Notes under the pieces: generated by a model
What the model saw: only the letters and a program-made list of their open reading frames with translations
Database searches by the model: none
Told to the model about the DNA's origin: nothing
IMG/VR virus record: IMGVR_UViG_3300047481_000568
Span: 245 to 64,244 of that record
Length of the DNA stretch: 64,000 nucleotides
DNA from: a virus
Taxonomy: Duplodnaviria; Caudoviricetes
Direction: 5' to 3' (one strand)
Position numbers and translations under genes: made by a program
In this document: positions 7,757-16,803 of the stretch, piece after piece
Numbering within the stretch: the first letter of the stretch is position 1
Layout of the letters: the number at the start of each line of letters is the position of its first letter

Positions 7757-8066
7757 CCAAAGACTCTCTGTAGAGGACTAAAGCAATAATTGCATAACAA
7801 GCTAAGTCCATTAAAGAATCTTCAATGCCTTCATTGACTAACGCACTGCCCTTTGCAGCGTTCTGTAATCTGACAACTTTGTCATTGGCTCTAATGAGAG
7901 TGCCAATCCATGCTGGAACACCCCATTGTTCTGATGACCGTACATTGCCAAGAGTATCTATACCAATTCCGTAATCTCTTCCTTTCTTGTCATGCAATAG
8001 TGCCATTTCTTCAAGAACTTGAAAAAACATCGGATGTCCATGTAGGTTTTCAAATCGTTTGCTCAT
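7740..8066 (-). CDS. DUF1599 / nucleotide-modification-associated (MazG-like all-alpha) protein
   Basis: KKGRDYG, R..DKVVRL, EDSLMDLACYAII motifs. Confidence 0.75.
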   Translation of the reverse strand: MSKRFENLHGHPMFFQVLEEMALLHDKKGRDYGIGIDTLGNVRSSEQWGVPAWIGTLIRANDKVVRLQNAAKGSALVNEGIEDSLMDLACYAIIALVLYRESLVDGNS

Positions 8067-8509
8067 ACGTCAGGCTCCGATTCAAGCCAAGCCGATAAAT
8101 CATCTAAATGATAAAAGATTGGGATACCTACCTTCTTAGCCTCAACAATCTCTCTATCTGCACCTTGAGATAAACCGTCAATGCGTAAAAGGGCATCACA
8201 ACGTCTCATCATCAACAAACAATATTCTGACCAAAATGCTGGTTCGTGAGGGATTACTGTATTCCAAAGCAAAGTCAAATGGGGCAAAATGGGCATACAC
8301 ACACCTGAGGTGTATAAGTCATCTGCAATGCGTATTGCCCTGTTGGTGTTTTCTATAGGGTCAGGAAAAGCATAAGGGGCAGAAATGTAGACATGGGGCA
8401 ACAACAGGTGTGCCAGCATTCTTAGACCACTTCTCTCGTCTTCGCTTAGATTAGGGTCACTAATATCTTCAGAATAATTACGAATTGTGTAACCAGATTT
8501 TTCTATCAT
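8063..8509 (-). CDS. nucleoside 2-deoxyribosyltransferase-like (DUF1937/DUF4406) protein
   Basis: VYISAPY, PH, CDALL, SQGADRE...A...GIPIF motifs. Confidence 0.75.
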   Translation of the reverse strand: MIEKSGYTIRNYSEDISDPNLSEDERSGLRMLAHLLLPHVYISAPYAFPDPIENTNRAIRIADDLYTSGVCMPILPHLTLLWNTVIPHEPAFWSEYCLLMMRRCDALLRIDGLSQGADREIVEAKKVGIPIFYHLDDLSAWLESEPDV

Positions 8510-8531
8510 TGTGTCCTTGTTGTATTACAGG

Positions 8532-8783
8532 TTATTTAACGGCTTTGGTATTCCAGTCTGAGATTGCCCGAATTAAAGAAACCAAATGACCAGTGAGGTC
8601 TTCACCGTCTTCTAGTGCCTTACAGTACTTATTAGTTTGAGTGATGACAGGCTGTGCGTACGCTAGTTTCTGTAAAAGAACATCAACCAATTCTCGTAGT
8701 TCAGCTTTGTCTTCGTTTGCCCGTTCTAAGGAAGTTTGCAAATCTTGGATAACAGCATATTCGTACATAGTGTCTATTGCCAT
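8532..8783 (-). CDS. hypothetical coiled-coil protein
   Basis: ORF track; GAGGA RBS. Confidence 0.7.
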   Translation of the reverse strand: MAIDTMYEYAVIQDLQTSLERANEDKAELRELVDVLLQKLAYAQPVITQTNKYCKALEDGEDLTGHLVSLIRAISDWNTKAVK

Positions 8784-8840
8784 GATTTCCTCGCTTTCTA
8801 TAGGGTACGTATCAAATGTACCTTATATTTACGGGGTTTG

Positions 8841-10277
8841 TCAATTATCCTCGCTTAAGTCCAGTATTTCCGAATACATTGCATCACTTTGTTGGGCGTT
8901 AAAACCCCCACCTGTCAAGCGTTTCGTTGATTCACCAACGTTTGCACCGAACAATCTGCTCAATACCCCACTACTGCCTCTTGCCTCAACTTCCAACCTA
9001 ACCATGTCTCTTGTGTCAGATATGTCTTTGAACTTCTCAACAAAAGAAAATAACCTATCAATCTCGTCTGAAAGTGCTGGGTCAAGACCCTGACCTTCTA
9101 GTTCTTCAGCAAATCGGGCAAACAAAACACGGCTTACCTGCATCTCTAGCATTGCCCTCAAAGCAGACTGTAATTGGTCTTTTGTTTTGATCTCAATCGG
9201 CAACTTAAAACCACATTCCGCATTCTCACGAAACGCAGGACAACGTGACGACAAATAGCAATTATTACACTGCCTTAAAAGGTTAGAATTATACCTAATT
9301 GTAGATACTGTTTCTATGCTAATTTCGCCATCTTCCCCTTGTTCTGCAAGGGTTTCGGCTAATGGACTTGCATATTGCTCTACGCCCATTATTGGTAAAA
9401 TAACTTTTTCGTCTTCGTGCCGCTTTTCTACCCCCCTTATATCAATATTGTCACCCCCTCGTGCCACATTTTGCAAACTTTGATTTTTCGTGAAATTATT
9501 GATATAAGGGTCATTTTCAGATAGACCCAATTCTTGTTCGTCATCATCTTTTACAGGGTCATAGACCCCAAAAGTTTGACTTTCCCACGCCTTCCAAGAC
9601 TTAATTGCAAGTCTCGCTACCTCATTATTATCGTCTTGAACAATGGCATCCATGTCAATACCCAACCGCATGATGTCGGCACGATGTTTTTTGCGGGAAG
9701 ACTCTTTCTGTTGGGCTGGATACCTGCGTAACCCATGCCCATCCCATACTTGGGTTTCTCCATACCTAACAGCACTAGTCCAAGAACCCACTACAGCCGA
9801 ATCCCAAGCAAGGGTTTCCAAAATGTCGGGTTTTGAAGAAACTGCTATCAATTTTGCATCCCATCTTGTCATGGCGTTTCTAATCTTGGATATGGTTTTT
9901 CCGTTTACGGCTTTATCACTGATCGCTGCTTTTCCGTATTTTTGACATAACCATGACAGGCGTTCCATGTCTTCAGGGTCGTTCCACAGTGGGATGTAGC
10001 GTTCACCCATCCAAGAACCGTCGTAGTCGGGGCGACCAATTACATGGGTCAAAGTTTCGTAATGCTCCCTAACAAAGGCGTCGTATCGGTTAACATCTTC
10101 GTCATTTTCAGATGTATACAAAATTAACTCCCCGCCGTTAAACATGGTGGGCAGGTCTAGTTGTTTCTTTTTTGGTATGGCAAGGTGGGTTAAATTGACA
10201 GCAAACCTTGTTACCCCCGAAGCGATGAGCAACGACCTAAAAGATGATTTTTCTGAGTTTGCAAAGTAAATCTTCAT
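8841..10277 (-). CDS. degenerate TGT/DpdA-like barrel fused to a Cys-cluster and helical C-terminal domain
   Basis: MKIYFA start, IPLWN, SWTSAVRYG recall phage transglycosylase-like barrels; C-terminal CNNC-x5-C-x8-C. The CDS is certain, the function is tentative. Confidence 0.5.
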   Translation of the reverse strand: MKIYFANSEKSSFRSLLIASGVTRFAVNLTHLAIPKKKQLDLPTMFNGGELILYTSENDEDVNRYDAFVREHYETLTHVIGRPDYDGSWMGERYIPLWNDPEDMERLSWLCQKYGKAAISDKAVNGKTISKIRNAMTRWDAKLIAVSSKPDILETLAWDSAVVGSWTSAVRYGETQVWDGHGLRRYPAQQKESSRKKHRADIMRLGIDMDAIVQDDNNEVARLAIKSWKAWESQTFGVYDPVKDDDEQELGLSENDPYINNFTKNQSLQNVARGGDNIDIRGVEKRHEDEKVILPIMGVEQYASPLAETLAEQGEDGEISIETVSTIRYNSNLLRQCNNCYLSSRCPAFRENAECGFKLPIEIKTKDQLQSALRAMLEMQVSRVLFARFAEELEGQGLDPALSDEIDRLFSFVEKFKDISDTRDMVRLEVEARGSSGVLSRLFGANVGESTKRLTGGGFNAQQSDAMYSEILDLSEDN

Positions 10278-10759
10278 CTTTGTTCTTTTTCTGCTCGGTA
10301 TATGGTTTGTACTTCTATTTCTTTAACTAAATCATCCCACAGTTGGTGTTCTCTTTGCTTGTTTTCTCGCCATTCCGGGCGAACAAATGCTGGTAGACCA
10401 ACAAGTAATGATGGGATTGCATCTTCCATTACAAGCTTTACAGTGCGTGGGTTGGAATCCACAAACCAATGAATCTTTCCATAGATTGCATTGAAATCTC
10501 GCACACGATCACGGATGTCTTCGGGTTTAATGGATTCAATAACGTCAATATGGGCATATTTATACCCCTCTAGTTTTGCCCAACCCTCAATCAAATCTGC
10601 TCTGGTTGTACCTGTAGCCATAATAATCAAGTTGCCGTGATATTGGTTGTACAGGGCGTGCCAAAGTTTTCTAGATTCAAGAGCTGGTTGTCGTGCGCCA
10701 ATAGACATTGATTTGTCCGTTGTTGGGTATGCCAACACGTCAAAAGTAACAATGAGCAT
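10274..10759 (-). CDS. HAD-fold-like hypothetical protein
   Basis: Start refined to MLIVTFDVL; C-terminal WFVDSNP resembles HAD motif IV. Confidence 0.5.
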   Translation of the reverse strand: MLIVTFDVLAYPTTDKSMSIGARQPALESRKLWHALYNQYHGNLIIMATGTTRADLIEGWAKLEGYKYAHIDVIESIKPEDIRDRVRDFNAIYGKIHWFVDSNPRTVKLVMEDAIPSLLVGLPAFVRPEWRENKQREHQLWDDLVKEIEVQTIYRAEKEQR

Positions 10760-11280
10760 TAGTTTTTGCCGACGTCTATGTCGTATATTCCAAGTTGTTT
10801 GCGTTCCTTGTGGGCGACATATGACGCACAAGGGCAATACATGCACAAGTATTGACGTTTGTTTAAAGGCACGCCAGTTTTGCGACCAATGGTTTTGGAT
10901 TCGTCACACCAGTCAATGCAAGAATCTTTTGGTCGGTCATGTTTGTTAAAACAACGCATAGCATCCACTTTAAGTTCATCACGAAAATCGCTGATGTATA
11001 AATCATGTGATTTCAATTCGTTTTTGATGGCTGTTTCAGCATCAAGTTTGCTTGCAGTTTCTTTATCGGTTCGGAAGATCATTCCACGCCAATTTTCGTG
11101 GTCGGGATTCCTTGCTTTGTGTCTTTCAAGAATGTCAATTAATTCCATGTCGTATTCTGGTACGCCCTCGTATGGGCGCATTTTGTACATCACTGCCCCA
11201 CTCTTTTTACCCGATGGCTCTTCTCGCCAGCATACAAGTAGGCGATGTTCTTGCTCATTAGTAAACTCTTTGGGTTCCAT
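10759..11280 (-). CDS. hypothetical protein with C-terminal Cys cluster
   Basis: ORF track; C..H, C..WC, C..CPC. Confidence 0.8.
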   Translation of the reverse strand: MEPKEFTNEQEHRLLVCWREEPSGKKSGAVMYKMRPYEGVPEYDMELIDILERHKARNPDHENWRGMIFRTDKETASKLDAETAIKNELKSHDLYISDFRDELKVDAMRCFNKHDRPKDSCIDWCDESKTIGRKTGVPLNKRQYLCMYCPCASYVAHKERKQLGIYDIDVGKN

Positions 11281-11303
11281 TTAATGCTACTTTCTTAGAT
11301 TAT

Positions 11304-11648
11304 TTACAGATGTGGTCTTGTGTCCTCAGGGTCAATCGTACCACTTTGGTGTAGTTCCTCTTGCACATTTGGGTGTAAAACTAGCAGTTTTCTAAGGGTG
11401 TTGGCGTCATTTGATGACAGTTTACTAGGATCAACTGATTCATGTAATAGTCCTAAAGACTGAGAATAATGCCCTATTGTGGCGTCGCTAAGGGACGTAA
11501 GATGTTCAAATGCTTCGGTTGTTTTTGGGTGTATTTTCTGTGTTTTAGCGGGGTGCATTGCTACAGATAGTTGTTGAGACAGGTGTGAACTTAAATCATT
11601 ATTTATTTTGTTCTGTTTGTAGTCGTTTAAATTAACGATTTTGCCCAT
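11304..11648 (-). CDS. hypothetical protein
   Basis: ORF track. Confidence 0.75.
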   Translation of the reverse strand: MGKIVNLNDYKQNKINNDLSSHLSQQLSVAMHPAKTQKIHPKTTEAFEHLTSLSDATIGHYSQSLGLLHESVDPSKLSSNDANTLRKLLVLHPNVQEELHQSGTIDPEDTRPHL

Positions 11649-11654
11649 AGCGGA

Positions 11655-11924
11655 TTACCAACCGTCGGTGTTTTTGTCAAACTTTCTTGGGGCTTCCACG
11701 CCGTCATTGTCTTTTGCCACTTGCTCTGATTCGTAAGCATCGTTGTCCATCATGTCTTGGGCTACAGACTCAATCAAACCGTAATTCATGTGGTCATCCA
11801 AAGGTGTGTCGTAGGATGGAATGCGCCCACTGCCCTCTAACTTTTGGCGAGCTTTCTCTAAATACATAGAGTTAAAATCAACTTTGCGATTTGTGTTATG
11901 TCGCTCGTCTTTACCTTTAGCCAC
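11655..11924 (-). CDS. hypothetical protein, N-terminal MAKGKDERHNxNR motif (copy 2)
   Basis: GTG start at 11924 inferred from identity with the neighbouring paralogous N-terminus. Confidence 0.75.
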   Translation of the reverse strand: MAKGKDERHNTNRKVDFNSMYLEKARQKLEGSGRIPSYDTPLDDHMNYGLIESVAQDMMDNDAYESEQVAKDNDGVEAPRKFDKNTDGW

Positions 11925-12105
11925 TATATGACCAAGCCTCATTGCCATCTTCGTCAATTACTTTTTTGTATACCGTTTTATCATATTCTTGTTCTGAATC
12001 AAACCGATTGGGTTTGCCATACAGAAAGTCATTAACGTCTGAAAACGTTACTGGTTTAAGAGGTTGTCGGTTTTTATTATGTCGTTCGTCTTTGCCTTTA
12101 GCCAT
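11917..12105 (-). CDS. hypothetical protein, N-terminal MAKGKDERHNxNR motif (copy 1)
   Basis: Start refined to ATG 12105 after AAGGAG. Confidence 0.75.
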   Translation of the reverse strand: MAKGKDERHNKNRQPLKPVTFSDVNDFLYGKPNRFDSEQEYDKTVYKKVIDEDGNEAWSYSG

Positions 12106-12445
12106 TGGGGTCTCCTTGCTCGTAATCCATGTCCGTCGGTGATTCATATTGAGTATCGTACGCATAATCTGCCGCATCATTATCGTCTGCAGAAAACGTA
12201 GTTTGAGAGTTTGTGTGGTGACCCTCAACCAAATCGTAGCCATGTCGGTCTGCCTCAGCACGCCGAAATTCCAAATTGTTTGCTCCTAAAGCATACATGG
12301 TTGCAGCAATAGGTTTTCCTGTTGAGCGACTCCGCCAATGAAACGGGATCATGTTTAACCCCTGAGATACACCCTGTGAATCAATATGGGTGACTTTTCC
12401 GTCTGCGCCAATATCAATAAGGTCAGGTCTGTCTTCGTTAGCCAT
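12098..12445 (-). CDS. hypothetical protein, acidic tail
   Basis: ORF track; TACAAT-N6-ATG. Confidence 0.75.
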   Translation of the reverse strand: MANEDRPDLIDIGADGKVTHIDSQGVSQGLNMIPFHWRSRSTGKPIAATMYALGANNLEFRRAEADRHGYDLVEGHHTNSQTTFSADDNDAADYAYDTQYESPTDMDYEQGDPNG

Positions 12446-12472
12446 ACCTACATTGTACCAAGGATTTCTTGG

Positions 12473-12796
12473 TTAGCTCCACTTCTTTATTTCGCCGTAT
12501 TGAACCATCTGCTCATTTAACATATTGGCGTGGGCTAAAGCCTCGTGATGGCGTTCGTAAGGTTGAGTCACATTGGCAGGTATCTCAGTTTTGTCTCTTT
12601 TGCCCAAAGTAGTTCTGCGATGTATGCGATATTCGCCGTTGGTTTCGGGCACAACAAAGAAATGACCACCTGGAACGCCTTTGGCGTGATGCATGACTGT
12701 CTTTGGGTCAGGCGTAGTGTCCACGTATTCTTTTACGCGGAATTTGTTACGCGATTTAGCCCAATTAGGACGACGATCTTTATCTGAGTAAGCCAT
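12473..12796 (-). CDS. hypothetical basic protein
   Basis: ORF track. Confidence 0.75.
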   Translation of the reverse strand: MAYSDKDRRPNWAKSRNKFRVKEYVDTTPDPKTVMHHAKGVPGGHFFVVPETNGEYRIHRRTTLGKRDKTEIPANVTQPYERHHEALAHANMLNEQMVQYGEIKKWS

Positions 12797-12801
12797 AGGG
12801 C

Positions 12802-13002
12802 TTACGATCTTAGATTTGGATCGTTTTCAGCCAGTGGTGATCGTGGGACAAAATTGTATTGCTCGTTAAGCACCATTGTTAGTTTGGTGGGGCAGTGCAT
12901 GTCAAGCTCACCACCACGATTTGGGGTTGTGTTTTTAAAAGTGCCGTCAGTAGCACCAAGCCGAAGATCGGCATTTTGAGAACGAGATGTGTTTACAGCC
13001 AT
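12802..13002 (-). CDS. hypothetical protein
   Basis: ORF track; TAAACT-N6-ATG. Confidence 0.75.
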   Translation of the reverse strand: MAVNTSRSQNADLRLGATDGTFKNTTPNRGGELDMHCPTKLTMVLNEQYNFVPRSPLAENDPNLRS

Positions 13003-13025
13003 AATATTAGTTTACCACTTTCTTT

Positions 13026-13862
13026 TTAAGCTCTAAAGTCACTTGCACCTGGACCGTTGATTATTGTGTTTGATCCAGTATTTTCTACTTTTATAGAAGG
13101 TTGAGGGCGAGAAGAGGTAGGAGCTGCAGGAGCTGCTGGTGTTCGTTTTGTAGTAGGTTTAGGTTTAGCGTTTTTGCGTCCAGTAATGCCTTCTTTTGCA
13201 ATACGTTCTTTTTGTTCTGAAGTTCCACTTTTTTGAATATCAGACCTAAGTGCCCTTCTTGCTTTTGCCGTTTCTCTATCTCGTTCTCTTTGTTGTGGAG
13301 TTTTTACACGTGTTGGTTTATTTGGTGCTGTTGCTGGTTCTGGGGTACTACCAGTAGCGGTAGCGGTGTTACGGTCTCCAATTAATTGGGCACCTTCACC
13401 AACTGCAGAAAATACGTTAGCACCTTCGGCTATATCTTTAATATCGCCAGTATTGGTAAAACTCCTGTCTTCTAAATAACCAGAATTTTGGTTGTTTATG
13501 ATGGTCATTTTGCCTGCAAGTTTTTCATAAGCGTCCATGTCATATTCTCTGCCATCTGCGTCGTATACAGCCCCTGGTTTTCCTGACTCTCTTTGACTTC
13601 TTTGACTTCTTCCTCCTCCCCTCCTCTCCAATGGGTCACCCCACATAAGATTTTGTTGATTAAGTGGAGAAAAATATGATGCACCTAAATCAGCCGCTTG
13701 TGCTTGTTTTCCTGGAATTCCAAAATCTTTTCCACCAGCACCACTACTGCCTACGCTGCCCAGTGGTTTTCCTGGGTTTCCCATATCCATATCTCTTGGG
13801 TTGCGACCCGTGGCGTTGTACAAAGGTGCGACGGGATTGTTGCCAAACTTGTCAGAAGCCAT
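13026..13862 (-). CDS. low-complexity protein with shared 45-aa module
   Basis: G/P/K/R-rich; INNQNSGY...AEGANVFSAVGEGAQLIGDRNT shared with 14194..15510; TAAACT-N6-ATG. Confidence 0.85.
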   Translation of the reverse strand: MASDKFGNNPVAPLYNATGRNPRDMDMGNPGKPLGSVGSSGAGGKDFGIPGKQAQAADLGASYFSPLNQQNLMWGDPLERRGGGRSQRSQRESGKPGAVYDADGREYDMDAYEKLAGKMTIINNQNSGYLEDRSFTNTGDIKDIAEGANVFSAVGEGAQLIGDRNTATATGSTPEPATAPNKPTRVKTPQQRERDRETAKARRALRSDIQKSGTSEQKERIAKEGITGRKNAKPKPTTKRTPAAPAAPTSSRPQPSIKVENTGSNTIINGPGASDFRA

Positions 13863-13879
13863 GGCTACAGTTTACTCTA

Positions 13880-14194
13880 TTACCAAAGGTTGTTCATAGA
13901 ATAACGGCCCGAACCTGTAAAGGCATCGTCATTCATTTGTGCCCTGGTGAGCATGTTTACTGCTCCAGACACCCATGAACGATATGTTGGGGCGTTTCTA
14001 TCAACAGACAAAATGTCCATAACTCCAAGTTCTTGCTTGTTAAAACCCCTACTCTGTGGCATCAGTTGTTGAGGAACTGCTGGGCGAATTTGACGAATAG
14101 TTTCTGGATCTGAAATGGCAGATTCCAAAGCCATGTCTACAAGCATTTCTTCACGAGTTTGCCATGGTCGTGTGCGAGCAACGTTTTGAGACAT
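13880..14194 (-). CDS. hypothetical protein
   Basis: ORF track; TAATG coupling. Confidence 0.8.
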   Translation of the reverse strand: MSQNVARTRPWQTREEMLVDMALESAISDPETIRQIRPAVPQQLMPQSRGFNKQELGVMDILSVDRNAPTYRSWVSGAVNMLTRAQMNDDAFTGSGRYSMNNLW

Positions 14195-15510
14195 TACTTC
14201 TTTCTAGAAGTTGGGCGCCCACCACGACTTGCGTTTTGGGCACGTGGGTGTGATGAAGCAGTTCCTGAGGTGCTGGCTGTAATGCCACGACCACCACTGC
14301 TTGTTGCTTTACCTGTTGTTGTTGCAGTTATCGGTTGCCCAGCACCACCAGTAATATTTTGCGTAGTGTTACGATCTCCAATCAGTTGAGCGCCTTCTCC
14401 AACTGCTGAAAACACATTGGCACCTTCGGCTACGCCACTGATAGAACCAGTCATGGTCAGACCTCTGTTAACTTGGTAGCCAGAGTTTTGGTTGTTAATA
14501 GCTCTTGGTGAATCCGGTGTTGGATCAGGCAACTTCTTACCGCCGCTCGGTGGTGGTGGTGGTGGCGTTGAACCTCCACCACTCCCACTTGGTGGTGGTG
14601 GTGGTGGCGTTGATGTTGCGGCAGGAGCACCAGGTCGTGAAGTAAACGAACCTATACGACTACGCAAGCGGCTCATAAATCCAGGTTTGTCTGCTTTTGG
14701 CATTTCACCATCTTTAGTTGGCGTAACCATTACCGTTGGCTTTTGACGTGGTGTTGGGTCTGATGGCATTTCACCTTTGTCACTTGGGTCTTTACTGATG
14801 TCATCACGTGCATCGTTACGATTTGCATTTGCTAATTTCCTAATGCGTGCTGTGCGAGCTTCATCTTTTTCTCGTCGTGTTTCAGGCATTTCTGTTGTAA
14901 TGTCATTTTGTCTAAAAGCAGGACCAGATTTTCCACTTGTACCTTCTGCACCTGCACGAAGTTTTGATGGTTCTACAGGACCAGCTTTTGCTCGTTGTTC
15001 TGCAACAGAACCAAAAGTGTAGCCAGGATTTCCTGGTGGTGGATTCTTTTCTCGTTGTTCTGCAACACTTCCAAATTTTGGACGATCTTTAGACGATGGT
15101 TTAGGAGTACGTTGTGTGGATGTACCGGAACCAGTGTTATCTTTTGAACCTGCTGGACTTGGTGGACCTTGTTTATCGCCTTCACTTGCAGGTTGAGAAA
15201 TTGGGTTGCGTTCTTTAGCTTCGGTTACAGCATCTTTTGCTTTAGCACCTGCGGCTTCTACAGCATCAACTTTTTTAGACGTACTCTTCTTTTTTGTTGT
15301 TTTCTTTTTGTCTTTGGCTGTTTGTGCGGATTCTTCAAGTGCTTTTTTGTTTGCAGGTGTCATGCTTTTTGCAGCAGCCTTTCGTGTTTTAGTAGCCATT
15401 TCTGTATTTCCAGACTTCTCTTGACGCCTAGCTTCAGATTCGTAAGCTGCCCCAATTTTTTCAAAAGGAGTTTTAGGTGTACTTTTCTTCTTTTTAGGTT
15501 TGTCAGCCAT
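14194..15510 (-). CDS. K/P-rich disordered protein with shared 45-aa module
   Basis: Internal repeats FGSVAEQR x2 and STPPPPPPSG x2; module shared with 13026..13862. Confidence 0.85.
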   Translation of the reverse strand: MADKPKKKKSTPKTPFEKIGAAYESEARRQEKSGNTEMATKTRKAAAKSMTPANKKALEESAQTAKDKKKTTKKKSTSKKVDAVEAAGAKAKDAVTEAKERNPISQPASEGDKQGPPSPAGSKDNTGSGTSTQRTPKPSSKDRPKFGSVAEQREKNPPPGNPGYTFGSVAEQRAKAGPVEPSKLRAGAEGTSGKSGPAFRQNDITTEMPETRREKDEARTARIRKLANANRNDARDDISKDPSDKGEMPSDPTPRQKPTVMVTPTKDGEMPKADKPGFMSRLRSRIGSFTSRPGAPAATSTPPPPPPSGSGGGSTPPPPPPSGGKKLPDPTPDSPRAINNQNSGYQVNRGLTMTGSISGVAEGANVFSAVGEGAQLIGDRNTTQNITGGAGQPITATTTGKATSSGGRGITASTSGTASSHPRAQNASRGGRPTSRKK

Positions 15511-15564
15511 TGTTAAATAAACTCCAAAGAATGCAGATGTAGGACTACTTTTAGTTTATCAGGT

Positions 15565-16053
15565 TCAACGCCAAGTTGGTTTTAAAGTTTTTAGTCCTGC
15601 ACGACGTTCTAAATCAATATATTCTGGATTCTCAGCATAGAGAGTTCGTGGAATACCACGAGGACCAACTTTGCCATCATTGGTAAGAACCACAGGCATG
15701 GCTCCGGGTGGGGCAAACTTTACTCCTGCGTCTTGATAGGAAATACCTGTCCACAAATTAAACTGATCAGGCCAAACGTAATCTCCTGGGTTTACTCGTT
15801 CGCCTTTATGCACACCACGAGAGTACTGTCGGGCATTTTTACGACTCAGTGTTCCTAAAGTCTTGTCCTGTCGGCGGTTAGACGACATGGTGCCAAGGTA
15901 TCCGTCTGGATACGTAGTGTCTTGCATCGTACGGTAGCCAGCAAGTTGGTAATCCTTGTTGTTCCTAAAGACAGGTTCTGGGCCAAATACGGGTAGCGAC
16001 GAAGATTCACTAACTGAGTTGGGGCTTTGCCAATCAGAAAAAGCTTGTTTCAT
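15565..16053 (-). CDS. hypothetical protein (YPDGYLGT...RGVHKGER motif)
   Basis: ORF track. Confidence 0.8.
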   Translation of the reverse strand: MKQAFSDWQSPNSVSESSSLPVFGPEPVFRNNKDYQLAGYRTMQDTTYPDGYLGTMSSNRRQDKTLGTLSRKNARQYSRGVHKGERVNPGDYVWPDQFNLWTGISYQDAGVKFAPPGAMPVVLTNDGKVGPRGIPRTLYAENPEYIDLERRAGLKTLKPTWR

Positions 16054-16181
16054 TGATTTCCTGCCCTACTGTGGTCAAACGAAGTCATAAACCCTCCTGC
16101 AGCACCTGAAACTGACGAGATTGGACGTGGCTTTACCTTACTAACAACCTTTTTAGTAGTTTTCTTTTTTTTAGTAGCCAT
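16050..16181 (-). CDS. small basic protein (43 aa)
   Basis: Read by hand: MATKKKKTTKKVV...; overlaps both neighbours in coupled fashion. Confidence 0.6.
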   Translation of the reverse strand: MATKKKKTTKKVVSKVKPRPISSVSGAAGGFMTSFDHSRAGNQ

Positions 16182-16590
16182 TTCCTGTTTCTTTGTTCCA
16201 ATCATCCGCAGTCATGTTTCTTTTTGGAAGTTTGATATCATCAGGGTTTTTAATACGAGATTTTTTTGTATATTCTGTGTTTGACGTCATTGGTCCTTTA
16301 ACATTTTTTGATTTATCGTTTATAAACCTATCATCCCTATCAGGAATCGTTTTATCACTTATTTTGTTTGGTCGTTGTTTGGAATACATAATCTGTTTAG
16401 AAAGGTCACTACGACGCCCATCATGGTCGTAGTCGTCAGGTTTGTCTGGTAAACCACCTGTTTTAGTTGGTGGTTTTAGTGGAGGCTTTTTACCACCACC
16501 AGAAGTACCTGTAGACAAGTACATGGGCTTGGTTAGAGCGTAGTTAGCCCTAGGTCCTGCAATAGTCGTGCCTCTGTGGTTAGTGGGCAT
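16171..16590 (-). CDS. low-complexity basic protein
   Basis: ORF track. Confidence 0.75.
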   Translation of the reverse strand: MPTNHRGTTIAGPRANYALTKPMYLSTGTSGGGKKPPLKPPTKTGGLPDKPDDYDHDGRRSDLSKQIMYSKQRPNKISDKTIPDRDDRFINDKSKNVKGPMTSNTEYTKKSRIKNPDDIKLPKRNMTADDWNKETGNGY

Positions 16591-16592
16591 GT

Positions 16593-16802
16593 TTACTCAG
16601 TCCAAACGTTGATTTTTCCAGCGCCTGTTGGTCGTGGAATGCCGTGCGGAGGAGCATCATCTCCTCGTGTTTCATCAACGTCAGTCATTGTCACTTTACG
16701 TGAAGGATTATGTGATTGATCAATTTGACGACGGGCTTTTCTACCTTTGTACTCCGCCATATCAACAACATTTTTCTTCATGCTTGGTTGAATGTAGCCC
16801 AT
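16593..16802 (-). CDS. hypothetical protein with HNPSRKV motif
   Basis: Start refined to MGYIQP directly after the upstream stop. Confidence 0.7.
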   Translation of the reverse strand: MGYIQPSMKKNVVDMAEYKGRKARRQIDQSHNPSRKVTMTDVDETRGDDAPPHGIPRPTGAGKINVWTE

Positions 16803-16803
16803 A

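Noticed and set aside
13366-14430. Duplicated segment as a DGR template/variable repeat pair or an assembly artefact
   Set aside because: Differences are synonymous and not adenine-specific, no reverse transcriptase is present, and the copies are too diverged for a mis-assembly; the 1000-bp spacing appears coincidental
14548-14613. (GGT)n tandem repeats as a DNA-level element
   Set aside because: Explained by two encoded STPPPPPPSG peptides
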